Source of the DNA: Macrostomum lignano
Lineage: Eukaryota
Reading direction: 5' to 3'
Length of the DNA: 64,000 nt
Assembly: GCA_002269645.1 (NCBI GenBank)
Contig: NIVC01001149.1
Location: 124,001 to 188,000 of the forward strand
This document shows positions 1 to 18,387 of this stretch, in pieces (positions within the stretch are counted from its first letter, which is position 1; every line of letters begins with the position of its first letter). The notes beneath the pieces were generated by a model. The model had not been told where the DNA came from. It saw nothing but the letters and a program-made list of their open reading frames with translations, and ran no database searches. The position numbers were made by a program, and so were the translations under genes.

Positions 1-1
1 C

Positions 2-3000
2 GAATCAATAATCAGAGATCAGATTGTCCTCGGAATCAGAGACACAGAGTTGCGAGAACGGCTTCTACGTGAGCAGGAGTTGACGCTAGATAAGGCTATA
101 TCTATCTGCCGTGCAATTGAATCATCAAAGACCCAAGTGCGGATCATGACGGGAAACACCTCAGGAGAGATTTCGAAATACATCCAGAAAGAAGTCAATT
201 CTGTTGTGAAGCCTCGCTCAACAGGCAGACCAGATCTCAAGTACAAGGAGAGATGACCGAACAAAAGGTTTGGGTCCAATGGAAAGCCGATGGTAGGAAA
301 GTCGGAGGGTTGCTCATTCTGTGGTAAGAAACACAAGAAAGGTTCATGCCCTGCATATGGCAAGACGTGCAAATCTTGCGGAAAGCAAAACCACTTCAGC
401 AACGTTTGTCGGAATAAGACCGTAAGAGCCTTGGATCGAAATACAAATGAAAGCTCAGAATCTGATCGTCAAGATTCGTGGGTCATGTCAGCATCTCTGC
501 GACCGGGTGGCAACGACAGAGACAGTAGAACAACTGTTGGTATCAAAATCGAAGGTCAGCTGGTGAATTGCAAATGCGACACAGGAGCGGACGCAAATGT
601 ACTCCCTGAACATCTGCTTAGGCGGATTGCACCAAACACGTCGATACAAGCAACGTCTTGCAGACTCTTTTGCTATAAAAGGTCGCGCCTAACAGTCGCA
701 GGGAAGGTACAATTGAAACTGGAATATGAAGGAGTCAAGCATGAAAATGAATTTATTGTGATTAAAGAGAGGCTCATTCCACTCATCGGATGGAAAACTG
801 CAGAAGAGATAGGCCTGGTGAAATTCAACTTCGGAGTTTCTGTTCAACCTGAAGGGTTTAAGTCCACGTGGACAGATGAAAGATTTCTTCGAGAGTATCC
901 CGATGTCTTTGAAGGAACAGGTTGCTTACCTGGGAGTTATCACATCAGCCTGCGCGATGACAAAGAATCTTGGACGGATCGCCCTCGAAGAATCCCGTTT
1001 GCAGCAATGCAACCTTTGAAGGCTGAATTAGATCGCCTGGTTTCGGATGGACTCATCACCAAGTGTGATGAGCCCACGAAGTACGTTTCAAATGTGGTCG
1101 TCGTCTGGAAGGCAGACAAGACTATACGTCTTTGCCTAGACCCTCAGCATCTGAATGCCAACATAATGAGAGAGTAGTATCAGATACCGTCTTATGACGA
1201 AATTATTGCAGAAATCGGAAACGCTGCTCTGTTCTCAACTTTTGATGCGACTGCGAGTTTTCACCAGATTGCATTGGATTATGAAAGTTCGTTGATGACG
1301 TGCTTTCACACACCTTTTGGACGATATCGTTGGCTGAAAATGCCCTATGGAATTTGTTCCGCATCGGAAGTCTACCAGAAGCGAGTTCGGGAGGAGATCT
1401 CGGACAAGATCACAAACTGCAACAATTTTATTGACGACTTCATTGTTTGGGGCAAGACTGTCGAAGAACACGATGAAGCTGTGAAGCAGCTTATGGAAAT
1501 GTGCCGTGCGAAGAATTTGCGCCTGAATTATAAAAAGCGGAAAGTCGGATTGAAGGAGTTGAAATTCCTCGGCAACATACTTTCGCACACCGGAATAAAA
1601 GTCGACCCAGACAAAGTAAAAGCAATGCGCGATATGCCCCGACCAGATACTCTATCCGGCAATGAGAGAAAGCAGCAACTTATGCGATTTCTAGGATGTG
1701 CAAATTTTTTGTCCAAATTTATTTCGGATCTGTCATCTAAGGCAGCACCGCTACGCACATTGCTGACGAAGAATGCTCAGTGGAACTGGACAAATGAACA
1801 CGAAAAAGCGTACGAATCAATTTTGCAGAGTCTTTGCGACACACCAGTCTTAGCTCGCTATAACCCGAATGCACCACTTACTCTGTCAGTCGATGCTAGT
1901 CAACACGGTCTCGGAGCAACTATCCTGCAAGATGGACACCCGCTGGAATACGCTTCGTCATCATTGACGCCATCCCAACGGAAGTATGCTCAGATCGAAA
2001 AGGAACTTTTGGCTATTGTGTTTGGCTGCAAGCGATTCCACCAGTACGTCTGGGGACACAAGGTAACGGTCGAGAGCGACCACAAGCCGCTAGAGAACAT
2101 CTTCCGGAAGCCAATTTCAACTCTTACAGCAAGATTACAGAGACTGATGCTACTAGTTCAGAAGTACGACCTGCACATTATATACGTTCCCGGTAAAGAC
2201 TTGCACATTTCAGACACTCTAAGCCGCGCTTTCTTAAAGAACGTACATGCCTCTAAACAACTCGAAGATGACATCGAAGGTCACGTGCTCGGTGTTAGAA
2301 TGTCGGTTGGATTCCCAGAACTGATGCAGAAACTGGAAAATGAAACGGCAAAGGACTCAACACTGCAACAACTCGCTGAGATCATCGGTGTTGGTTGGCC
2401 TCACCACAGAAGCCAGCTCGTGACTGAGCTTCGTTGTTTCTGGAACGTCAGACATGATCTGACTGCGCATGGCAATCTGATCTGGATGAAGAACCGAATA
2501 GTCGTTCCAAACTCAATGAGAATGGAAGTGCTACAGAAGCTGCATACTGGACACCCTGGAATTGTGAAGGCAAGCTTAAAGGCGTCAGAGAGCGTCTACT
2601 GGCCTGGAATTAGATGTGATATTCAAGAAATGACTTCAGCGTGCATTGCCTGCCAGGAAAGCCAAAGAAAGCCACAGAAGGAACCGATGGTGGCTCAGTG
2701 CCTACCGGACTACCCATTTCAGGAATGTGGCACGGATATTTTCCATATTGACGGGAAGAATTTCCTGATATATGTTGATAAATACAGTCGGATGATCGAA
2801 TACGCTAGGATCAACAATACTTCAGCTGCCTCTGTGATTCCCCAACTAAAGAAGTATTTCCAGACCTATGGAGTTTGCGAGATTTTAAGATCTGACAATG
2901 GACCTCCATTCTCGGGAAGAGAATTTGGTCGTTTCGCGAAAGAGTACGGCTTCAAGCATGCTACATCATCGCCGAAGTACAGCCAGTCCAACGGATTAGC

Positions 3001-3688
3001 GGAAAGAGGCGTTCAAACGATCAAGAATATTTTAAAGAAGGTTCTGAAGAGCAATGAAGGCGAGCACATGGCACTGCTGCATTACAAGAACACTCCTATC
3101 GAGCATGGAATGCCATCACCCGCTGAGCTAGTCTTTGGACACAAACTGCGCTATGATTTGCCGATCCCAAAAGCAGATCTAATTCCTAGACAGGTCATGT
3201 CCAGGAAAGTACTGCAGAAGCTAAAGGACCAGCAGAACACTGCCGAAGAATATTACAACCGTGGATCTAAGGAGAGGAGAGAATTTGGTTGTGGAGAAAA
3301 GGTTTGGATGCAAGAATCAACACGACGATGGCAGCCAGCAGAAGTGCACATGAGAGTGAATGACCGTTCTTATATAGTTCGCGATGAACAAGGAAAGCTA
3401 CTACGTCGGAACAAATCGTTTTTGACTCAACGGACTGGAGCAGCAGAAGAAATCGCTGTTCCACAAAGAGAAACCCTTGAAGACGCATTCGGAAAGGACA
3501 CTACCGCACCACTGAAAGCTTCTCAAAGTCAACCGGATAAGCACGAAGCAGTGGAGGAAAATATAGGCAGCAAACCATCAGCACAAGCACCTAATGCACA
3601 ACAATGTCAGTCACCTAGGACGACAAATGGCTATACAACACGGAGTGGACGTGTGGTGAAGCCAGTCGTGCGATTTCAGGCACATTGA
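2..3688 (+). pseudogene. gag-pol polyprotein with two in-frame nonsense codons
   Basis: ORFs 50-256, 290-1177 and 1274-3688 are all in the same frame, separated only by TGA at 254-256 and TAG at 1175-1177 (inside RT, context RE*YQIP). Ends with the typical TRSGRVVKP tail and TGA at 3686-3688. Confidence 0.88.
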
Positions 3689-3763
3689 CTAATGAAAAGG
3701 TGTCAGTGTAGAACAGAACTTCCGGAAAGAGGATTTATTTTACTTACACATAGGAATCCCTCT

Positions 3764-3775
3764 GAAGAAGGGAGA
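3764..3775 (+). other. polypurine tract of Gypsy element 1
   Basis: GAAGAAGGGAGA immediately followed by TG at 3776. Confidence 0.8.
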
Positions 3776-3877
3776 TGTTATGTTATGATAGACTCATAGA
3801 CTCATTCTCTGTGTGTTTGATTTACGTCTATGGACACGACTAATAAACGAGTGTTAAAGAGCACTTATAACTACACA
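3776..3877 (+). repeat. putative short 3' LTR of Gypsy element 1
   Basis: Starts TGTTA directly after the PPT, contains AATAAA at 3842-3847, plausible CA end at ACTACACA. The right boundary is unconfirmed because the 5' LTR is outside the window. Confidence 0.55.
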
Positions 3878-5862
3878 GCTGCTCTATATCCATACAAGCA
3901 TCTGGAAACATAAGACTTCTGTGTCGCAACATAACATTCTCCACATCTTCCATAACCCTATTGATTCTTTCTGTAGGATCATCCCCAAAGAAATCGCAAA
4001 TTGAACGTATTCTTATATCTAAAACTTTCCAGCATACTACTTTTACCCGTTACTTGGCAATTGTCTCGTTATTCATTTTCAGTTCGCATTCTTCAAGCTT
4101 CATCAATTTTGCTGCCCAAAAACTGATCCCAACGACTTTTAACCATCAGCACAGGGTCCTCACTATCTTAAAAAAAATACAATAAAAAATGTTCACTGTT
4201 GCGTCATCAAGTTCCAACCTCACCCATTGCACAACTTCAAATACAGTACAAGAAGGAATGTACTTGTTTCATGCAAAAGTTCTTGCCTCAGGTAGCAATT
4301 AACGTTTCTAATTTATGTATTAATCAAGAACTTAAAAAGCTCGATGATTTCAATAGCATCAGTAGTAAGTAATGATTATGACAGTTGCTTTTTTTCTGAC
4401 AGGACAAGGCAGCTTTAAAGTGAGAACGGTAAACGAAAACACGGAACTAAAATTCGCCTTGTAGGTATCTCCTTGTAATTTAAGCAAAGCATTCATGGAA
4501 ACCAGGAACTGGACGCGCCAGTTCTTAGTGTAAAACAAACGAGGTTTGAGATTGCGAGAAAACCGACTTGGCGCTCAGGCCTGACAATCGATATATTTTA
4601 TAAGCCGAAGATTGAGGTGGGGTTTGGGTGTTGCACACTTACGGGCGCAGCCGCACGTTGCAAACAACCACCCCCCAAACGCAAGCACGTACAAATAGGA
4701 CTACGAACAACATTAGAATATTTAGGTGCATAGAATGCTCACATTCGGAACATTTTCTCAGCGCCGTTACACCCAGCGACTATCGGACAGAAGGAGCGAT
4801 TTTTTCAAATCAAGAAGTGGCATCCGGTCAAGAGCTTCAGACTGCTGCTGGCCAACCGCACCACGCCGCACAGCGGCAGCGACGCTTCTCCCAGCTGGTG
4901 CCATTTTTGTACCTTCTGACGCCATTGTTGACGATCGCCATGTAGCAACAACAACGGCAACTGCAGCTGCAGTGGCCAGCGCGCCAATTCCAACCTCGAG
5001 ACAGAGCCGTCGACGGCCAGCAGTCGCTGAGCTGAGGGAATCGTTGTCACCGCCGACGCTCGCAACTTCATTGTCAAATCTGGGCGCACCGTGCAGGCCC
5101 GGCATACGGACAGCTGCTCAAGTTGGCACCTACAGAATGAATCTAAGGCAGATATGATATTAGTCCGAATGCACTTTTGCCTAATACCTCTATGGCCAAA
5201 GTGTCAAAACCCTCCGTAAAGAAGTCGCTACAAAGCCAGACAGGCGAAAACCAACCAAGCAATAAGTACGGAGCACAGCCACAGCGAGGAGCTGGATTAG
5301 TTTTATCTTAAACTAACGACTGTCGAAAATTGGTTAAAAGATATCAAACCTAGGAAGGCATGTCCAAAAACAATCAGAATTCATCACAAACCGAAACTCT
5401 TCCAATGCAGCCAATCTGGGATAATAAGCCCCATAAAGTCATCAGCCAAAACTGCTCGCGAAAGTTGCAATGGCGCGGTTTTTTTCAGCAAGCTCTGACA
5501 GCCTTTAACTTAGTATTACAAATCTCTTCAAAAATCTATCAATATTGTTAACTAATTAATCGTTTAATTTGACTGCAAAATCAGAGCTCAATTAGATTCA
5601 TGCCTGCTTAATGCACTACTAACTCAAGTAGCAACGCGCTGACATTGCAGCAGTTCTGCTGTTCCCTCAGAGCCAATGGGAGAGGCAGAAAGCTGGGCAG
5701 AGGCGGCCGCACAAGCCAGCAAAGCAGACGCAATCTGAGCAGGCAGGGTGAGAAGGAATTCGCTGCAGCTGCTCCAGTGCCAATAAAATCTGCTGCAGAG
5801 GCGGCCGCTGCCCTGCCGGACTCTCGGGCTGAGCTGAGACACCTGCGACTGAGCTTCCAGTC

Positions 5863-11681
<5,819 letters not shown>

Positions 11682-12775
11682 GCCGAGATGTTTCTAAAGC
11701 TGTTTCGGATTAATAGATGTTTTTATGCGTAAGTTTAAAATGAAATATGATTTTTTGTCTCATATTCTTGTCTGAAATACTTGGCTTTTTTACTTTTGGC
11801 CACGTTTTGTCATTTTACTTGGCTGCTTGGAAACGGAAAAAAGTTGGAATATGCTTAAGTGGACAGCGAGAAACCAAAAACCACTGAACCAACCCAGCTC
11901 TCACAGATCAAATGTAGCACAGAGATGCATAGAGATATCACGCCAGCAACAATGCTCAACCTTAAATTTCAGTCTTTTTAGTCCTTCTCAACTGAAGCCC
12001 ATATAATCCCCGTTTTTTTCATCAAAGTTCCTGATTCCATTATCCGTCACTGTAATATAACGGGTCTTTCTATGACCGGCTGATTTTTCTATGACTGCTA
12101 AATCCAATGTTTAAAGTCATATGCACATACCATTTCATTGAAATTGAGACGACCGACTAGCAGTTTTTCAGCCCTTGAAATCAAATGCTGAGGATTTTTT
12201 AGCCAAGTGTAAGTTCCTGTACGTACGGTCTGAATTAAATTTACAAAGTTGTTCGAACATTAATATTCTTTAATTGAACTTGAATAATTGAACTTGAGCT
12301 CAAATTTCAGACAGGCTATACTCTACTTTTCCGTTCCTTGTCCTGATTTGTCGCTTTATTTATTCCAGAACTATGCAATCCCACAGACGCAGGTTTTCAC
12401 TGCTTCAATTCTCCTGTGCTGAGTGCCAGATGCACCCATAAACTTTTCTCACAGCAGGCGATACCAACTCTCGGTTTTCTCTTCCCCATCACTCTTTTAT
12501 TCTCTGCCCATCTTCAAGCAGTGAAGCTGCTTAAATTCAAAACTGTACTCAAGCTCTGCTGTTTGTCATCAGCTGCTGTCGCTATGTTGTGAGCTTTGAG
12601 ATGAATTACTCAAATATACTCATGTGTGACTCTCTAGCATACCGGAACTGCCCGAATCTCAGCATCGGGTGCTGCCGTGTTTGTTTAACTCAACTGCTGA
12701 TTAAAAAATAAATGAAATTGGGGGAGTGGGAGAGAGTGAGATGCTGAAATTGCAGCTGCAGGGAGAGTAGAGGCA

Positions 12776-13211
12776 GATCAGATGGAGAATAGAGAAGTTG
12801 AGCTGGGATCTGATGGAGAATGGAGAAGCTGAGCTGGGATTAGATGGAGAATAGAGAAGCTGAGCTGGGATCTGATGGAGAGTAGAGAAGCTGAGCTGGG
12901 ATCTGATGGAGAGTAGAGAAGCTGAGCTGGGATCTGATGGAGAGTAGAGAAGCTGAGCTGGGATCTGATGGAGAGTAGAGAAGCTGAGCTGGGATCTGAT
13001 GGAAAATAGAGAAGCTGAGCTGGGATCTGATGGAGAATAGAGAAGCTGAGCTGGGATCTGATGGAGAATAGAGAAGCTGAGCTGGGATCTGATGGAGAGT
13101 AGAGAAGCTGAGCTGGGATCTGATGGAAAATAGAGAAGCTGAGCTGGGATCTGATGGAGAATAGAGAAGCTGAGCTGGGATCTGATGGAGAATAGAGAAG
13201 CTGAGCTGGGA
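12776..13211. repeat. 31-bp minisatellite GAGCTGGGATCTGATGGAGAATAGAGAAGCT, about 14 copies
   Basis: Period measured (e.g. 12862 to 12893); a few A/G variants. Confidence 0.95.
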
Positions 13212-13698
13212 TCCGATTCGCACTGACTCAGAGCTGCTGCTGCGGAGCGGGGCTGCGGCAGGAGACCCGACAGAGGGCAGGCAGGTGGAGATGGGGCTGG
13301 GCTGCCAGCAATTGCACAGGTGTGCAGCCTGCCAGCTGTGCTGCTCCATCAGGTAAGAAAAGCTGAGAAGAGAGTGCAGTGGGCGGTGCTTTGAGTTGCT
13401 GAGCGGCCTCCCCAAGCCAAAGGCAGTCCGAAGCGTGCAGCTCGGATGATCTGACAAGAGTTTCTTCTGTTTAGCAGAGCAGAAGGCGGTCAGTTCGAAA
13501 GCACAATGAGCTGGTCAGATTCTCTTCAGTGAGGAGGCTGCCAGCTCTAAATGATGCAGACTTAGGCGGGGCTGAGATCGCAGCCGTCAACAACGGGGAT
13601 TCAAATTTCTAATTAGCCAAGATTTCTCAGTGCACCGCTTTTATTAGAGATACACTGTTAAACAAAATCAAGACAATTTTTTCGACGTTTTACAGTAT

Positions 13699-13935
13699 GT
13701 CCCAGTCCCAGTCCCAGCTCCAGTCCCAGCTCCAACTCCAGTCCCAGCACCAGCTCCAGTCATAGCCCCAGTTCCAGCCCCAGCTCCAGCCCCAGCTCCA
13801 GTTCCAGCCCCAGCTCCAGTCATAGCCCCTGTTCCAGCCCCAGTCCCAGCCCCAGCTCCAGTTCCAGCCCCAGCTCCAGTCATAGCCCCAGCTCCAGCCC
13901 CAGCCCCAGCCCCAGCTCCAGCCCCAGCCCCAGCC
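13699..13935. repeat. hexamer-based repeat (CCAGYY/CCAGCN); reads Pro-Ala/Val on the plus strand
   Basis: Directly visible; stop-free from 13696 on the plus strand ([15 protein letters not shown]...). Confidence 0.85.
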
Positions 13936-14883
13936 TACAGCACGTATCATTTTCCTGCCATATTCTGTTTACATGGCAGACAGAATTTCAATCACACTGG
14001 CCTCCAAAGCCCAATTGTGACTTAGAGGCTCGCATTTGAAAACTCGCAGTGCAGAATACCCAAGGCAGCGAATTTTACAGTCAGCGAGAACGCACAGGTG
14101 CAATGCAAAGCAGTGAATGGTTTGAGCGGGGCAGGGTTAGCGCTCAAGCATTTTGTCTCTGTGCCGCTGTGAGGCAGCCATCAACCCGTCCCACCCCCCA
14201 AAGAATTCGCTGCGAGTCTTCTTTCGTCACGCGTTCGCAGGCGGCTGCTGGCTCGGCCCTCAAACCTCAGCTTCGCTATTGTGCTCTGGGCATTGAGCTC
14301 GGCTGGTCTGGAGCTGCTTGGATAGCTGGGGTCGGGGTGAGTAGAGGCGGGTGCAGCCCCAACCCGCAGCCCTCAACTCATGGCTGGGCGCCGCACACAG
14401 GAAGGAGAGACAGACGGAGATGCAGAGGCCGCACACAGCAGCCCAGCTGCACACAATGGGGGCCTCGCCCGTTCTGCCCCATTGTCCGAAGGCCCCCTGC
14501 ACAAATTTCATGAGATGTGCATCGGCTGCATTAGTTTAAGCCTCTGCTGCTCATTCTGAGCTTGTACAGATGAGAGCGAATGGAGGCTGATAGAGAGACA
14601 AAAGGAGACTGTTGCTAATTAAAAAAACAGGTGAGATGAGAGGAGCTGTTGTTGTTGTTTCACAGCACAGCAACTAAACGTGAAATAAAAAATGCACCAT
14701 TATAAGCAGCACTGCAGCCTATACTGCTCACAGTAGTACACAGCAAAAAATACACAAAAAAATCGTTTAGCCAATTCCCCACAGGCAACCAAAACTATAA
14801 AAGCTGTAGCACAGGAGGTTGCTGCCCTGCCAGACACAGAGCTGCTGACAAATCCTGCATCAACAAGCAGCCCGCTCTGTGCC

Positions 14884-17800
14884 ATGTCAAGCTCTTCAGA
14901 CGATTCAAATTCCACTTGGGAAGACGAAGAAGTAACTGCTGAGTTCCCTGACTATGCGGTAAGTTGAAGCCACAGAAATTTACTATTAGTAACTCCGGTA
15001 GCTCGTAAATTCAAGTCTACTCAAAAAACTTCTATGCTTAGATGTAGGTCACAGGGTGTGTCAATTTCAGCTGCAAGAACTCACTCAAATTGAATTGATC
15101 CTACTTCTAGCTTATGCCCAGTTCTATGCTTTAGTCTAATGCGAACATCAGAAGGTTTTTTCTATCTGGAACACACAGCACATGCTTGTGTCACAGTAAA
15201 GATCCCAGTGCGTCAAGCGTTAGAACACATCTAACGGTAGCGTTCAGTGAGAAGGAAGCTCTCGCTCCTTTTTCTCTTTCTGCTACTCCTCCCTTTTCAC
15301 TCGCTCTCTCCCTATCGCTCTCCTACTCAAACTTACCTTCTGAACTCCTAGTCTAAAGTAATCTATTCAGACGATATCCAGAGTAATCATCTCACCCCAC
15401 CGTAGAATAAAAAGACTGACGAATCGAGCCTAGACTCCTATATCTCAACCTAACTCAGATATCAGCTGAAAACATGTCAAGATATCGAAGTACAAAAAAG
15501 TGTGGTTGGCTCTCCTTTTCACTTAATTGTTTTATACAATTGCCTGTTTAACATCTGTTTAAAGCTGTAACGATCAGAGAAACTATAGAAATATGACATC
15601 CATGCTAAGGGTTGAAGATCGAGAGAAACCTATCGAACATTCGACTTATTAGATGATTAGAAGCATATACGATTAGATGTAGACGTACTTAAAAATCTTT
15701 GAATGTGCAGCTTGGGTGCCTCAATCGCAGTTGCAGCAACTCACTCAGCCGGACCCCACCAACCAAGCAAGCGTCGGAGACTCAACAGCCGATCTCCAGA
15801 CTCTCGCCAACGACGTCATCCGAGGTGATTTCGGCCAGGTGCGGCGGCTGGCAACGCGCCAGCTGGTCACCAGCGCTGATGCAGCTCGTCGGACCGTCCT
15901 CATGCTGGTGGCCGACGCTCCTGAGACTCCCGTGCACACTGAAAAGTGCATCTTTTACTTATTTGAGCTGGGCGCGAACCCCAAGGCGGCTGACGCGAAC
16001 GGCGACACCGCTGCGCACATGGCAGCCTGTCGGGACCACTTGCGGCTGCTGACGCTGCTGTCGTTCGATGCGAAGTGGCTGCGGAACGACAACGGCGCCA
16101 CTTCGCTGATGGAGGCGGCGCGGACTGGAAGCTGGAAATGCGCCAAGCACCTGCTCAGGCAGCAGAGGTTTAGTGATTGCTGGAAGCAGGGAAACTCAAA
16201 AAGGTCGCAGTTACTCGGCCTGGAAAATCGCGAGGGTCGGACGGCGTCGGACCTGGCGAGGCTTAGCGGCCACTCCGAGCTGACCAGCTACATCGAGCGG
16301 TAAGTGAGCAGTTCCCTACTGTGTCCGTCAAGTTCTGCTTAATCGTTCAGAAATAGCTCACATTTTCATAATCACAATCTTGACTGTATGAGAGAAGAGA
16401 ACCAAATTACAGCTTAAAAGTTCATCATGAAACATTTCCTGGAAGGGTTCAATTAGAAAATGCATTTTACTTTCCTTTTTGCTGCAGCGAGATGCGCCTG
16501 GCTGTGGATGTCGGTGGCAGGATCTCCGGCCTGACAGCCCAGGTGAGCGGCATATTCGGTGCCGATGCGGCTGCAGCTGAGCAGCTGTGCTCAAATTTCC
16601 CACTCGCCTTTGCAGGAAGAGGCGGATCGACAGGAACTGCAGCGGCTGGTGAGGGCAGGCGACTCGGCGGGGCTGCGGCAAGCGGCTACTCCCGGTAATT
16701 CTGATTTGCCCAATGATTGGGGTCAAACCGCATTGATGTGGGCAGCTCAAAACAGCTCGTGCAGTGATGAGACTCTGTGGGAGCAGCTGGTACAGCTGGG
16801 TGACCCCACCTGTGCAGATATTTTGGCTGAGAATTGCCTGCACCAGGCAGCAAAGGCCGGGAACTCTGTCGCAGCCTCCGCTCTGCTGGCTGCCGGAGCC
16901 TCCGCCAATGCCAGGGAACGAGCTGAGTTCACACCGCTCATGTGGGCTGCTTTCTCGGCACCACCCGACACCGCCGCTGCAATCGGTCGGGTTCTGCTGG
17001 ACTCAGGCTCAAATTGGAGTCTCAAGGACTGCTATGGCATGACTGCGTTTGAGTTGGCCAGAAAGAAAGGAAAGAGAGAACTGGCTGAGCTGCTTCGAGG
17101 GTGAGTTTTGATGAAAATGTTGTACGACTTTTTTATCATTGATAAGTAGTCTCTATATTGTATTTTATTCAATAAAACGAGCTATCACCAACCGGCATTG
17201 CTCAGAATCCCACAGACCAAGATAAGAACACTAAGATTATTTCGAAAGCTTCATTGTTCGCAAAACACGATTAAAATTTCTACACGTTTCAGGCTCAAAG
17301 ACGAGACATTTTTCGATGAGCCTCCGTGAGTTTTTTTCAGCGCAGACACATGTATGTAAGCATACTCTTGAACTGCCGAAGAAATTCTTAACTCAATTTG
17401 CCTCTCTTCAGGCCCACCGTTCCTGGAGCGCTGGGACGCCGTTCGCCTCATCGGCCGCGGAGCCTTCGGCGAAGTTCACGAAGTTCGAACTGACACGGGC
17501 GTCACGTGCGCTGCCAAGACTCTCAGACTGCCTCTGCAGCTCAGTGATGAGCTGCCCTCTGTGAGCACAGAGATCCACAGAGCTGTCGAGAGCGAGAGAA
17601 ACCTGTGCCGACTGCGGCATCCCAACATCGTCAGGTTCTTGCACATCGCTCAGCCGGAGCCCGCCACAGTCGTTGTGTTCATAGAGCTGCTGGACGGCCG
17701 AAGCTTGGAGAGGTTTATCGACAGCAAGCCGCTGGATGAGCTGACAATTCGAGACTTCAGCGAGCAGGTGAGCATTGTGCATCCTTGATGCTCCTGTTCC

Positions 17801-18387
17801 ATGTTCCCATGAATGATGACTGCTTACTAACCGATCTCTCGCAGATCTGCCGCGCGCTGCTCTACCTGCACAGCGGGCAGCCGCCCGTGATCCACAGAGA
17901 CATCAACTGCTCGAACATAATTGTTTGTGCTGACAACACGCGAATCAAGCTGATTGACTTCGGTTTGTCAATCAAGCTGGAGCTGTCAATCAGCCACATC
18001 TCAGCCTCCTCTCAATCGCTACCCAAAGGCACTCTAAACTTCATGGCGCCAGAGCTGCTCGGAGCGGGAGAGTCGGACAGCGTGCAGTACAGCAGAGAGT
18101 CGGACATCTGGGCGTTCGGCTGCTCGGTCTTCCAGATGGCCTCCGGCGCGAGGCCGTTCGCGAACGCCAAAAGCCTGTTAGAAATGGCTCAGCTGATCGA
18201 CAGGAGGGGCGCCCCCGCCCTGCCAGACGGCCGGTCCGCAGAGCTTCAGGATTTCTACAGCAGCTGCACCACTAAAGACTACCGGAAGAGAAGCTCAGCA
18301 CAGGAGCTGCTGGAGCACGAGTTCCTGACGGGAGGGAAGCGTATGCGGAAGGATTTTCCCTTTGCACTTTTTGGCGATAGAAAATAA
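14884..18387 (+). pseudogene. Ankyrin-repeat + STE/MAP3K-like kinase, copy 2 (tandem paralog; predicted frameshift at first kinase exon, possibly functional if this is an assembly error)
   Basis: Exons 14884-14958, 15731-16299, 16488-16542, 16616-17100, 17293-17325, 17412-17767, 17845-18387 are homologous to copy 1. The first kinase exon is 356 nt versus 364 nt in copy 1, which breaks phase and gives TGA at 17491-17493. All kinase motifs are otherwise intact (GRGAFGEV, HRDINCSN, DFG, APE). Confidence 0.7.

Larger units (their letters stand above)
1..3877 (+). mobile_element. Ty3/Gypsy LTR retrotransposon (K02A2.6-like single gag-pol ORF), 5' end outside window
   Basis: Domain order gag tail (RERLLREQELTLDKAISICRAIE), double zinc knuckle (CSFCGKKH..CPAYGKTCKSCGKQNHFSNVC), protease (KCDTGAD), RT (LCLDP, FIDDFIVW), RNase H (VDASQHGLG, EKELLA, SDHKPL), integrase (H..H..C..C zinc finger, SDNGPPF, SNGLAERGVQ), then PPT and TG-start LTR. 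Integrase after RNase H is the Gypsy order. Confidence 0.95.

Noticed and set aside
254-1177. Programmed stop-codon readthrough in Gypsy element 1
   Set aside because: One stop lies before the zinc knuckle and the other inside RT, not at a gag-pol boundary, and no readthrough context is seen; simple nonsense mutations are more likely.
4628-5157. Overlapping ORFs on both strands, including a hydrophobic stretch
   Set aside because: No recognisable domain or convincing splice sites; GC-rich low-complexity sequence can give such ORFs by chance.
12840-13457. 205-aa minus-strand repetitive ORF
   Set aside because: Product of the 31-bp minisatellite; the unit is not a multiple of 3.
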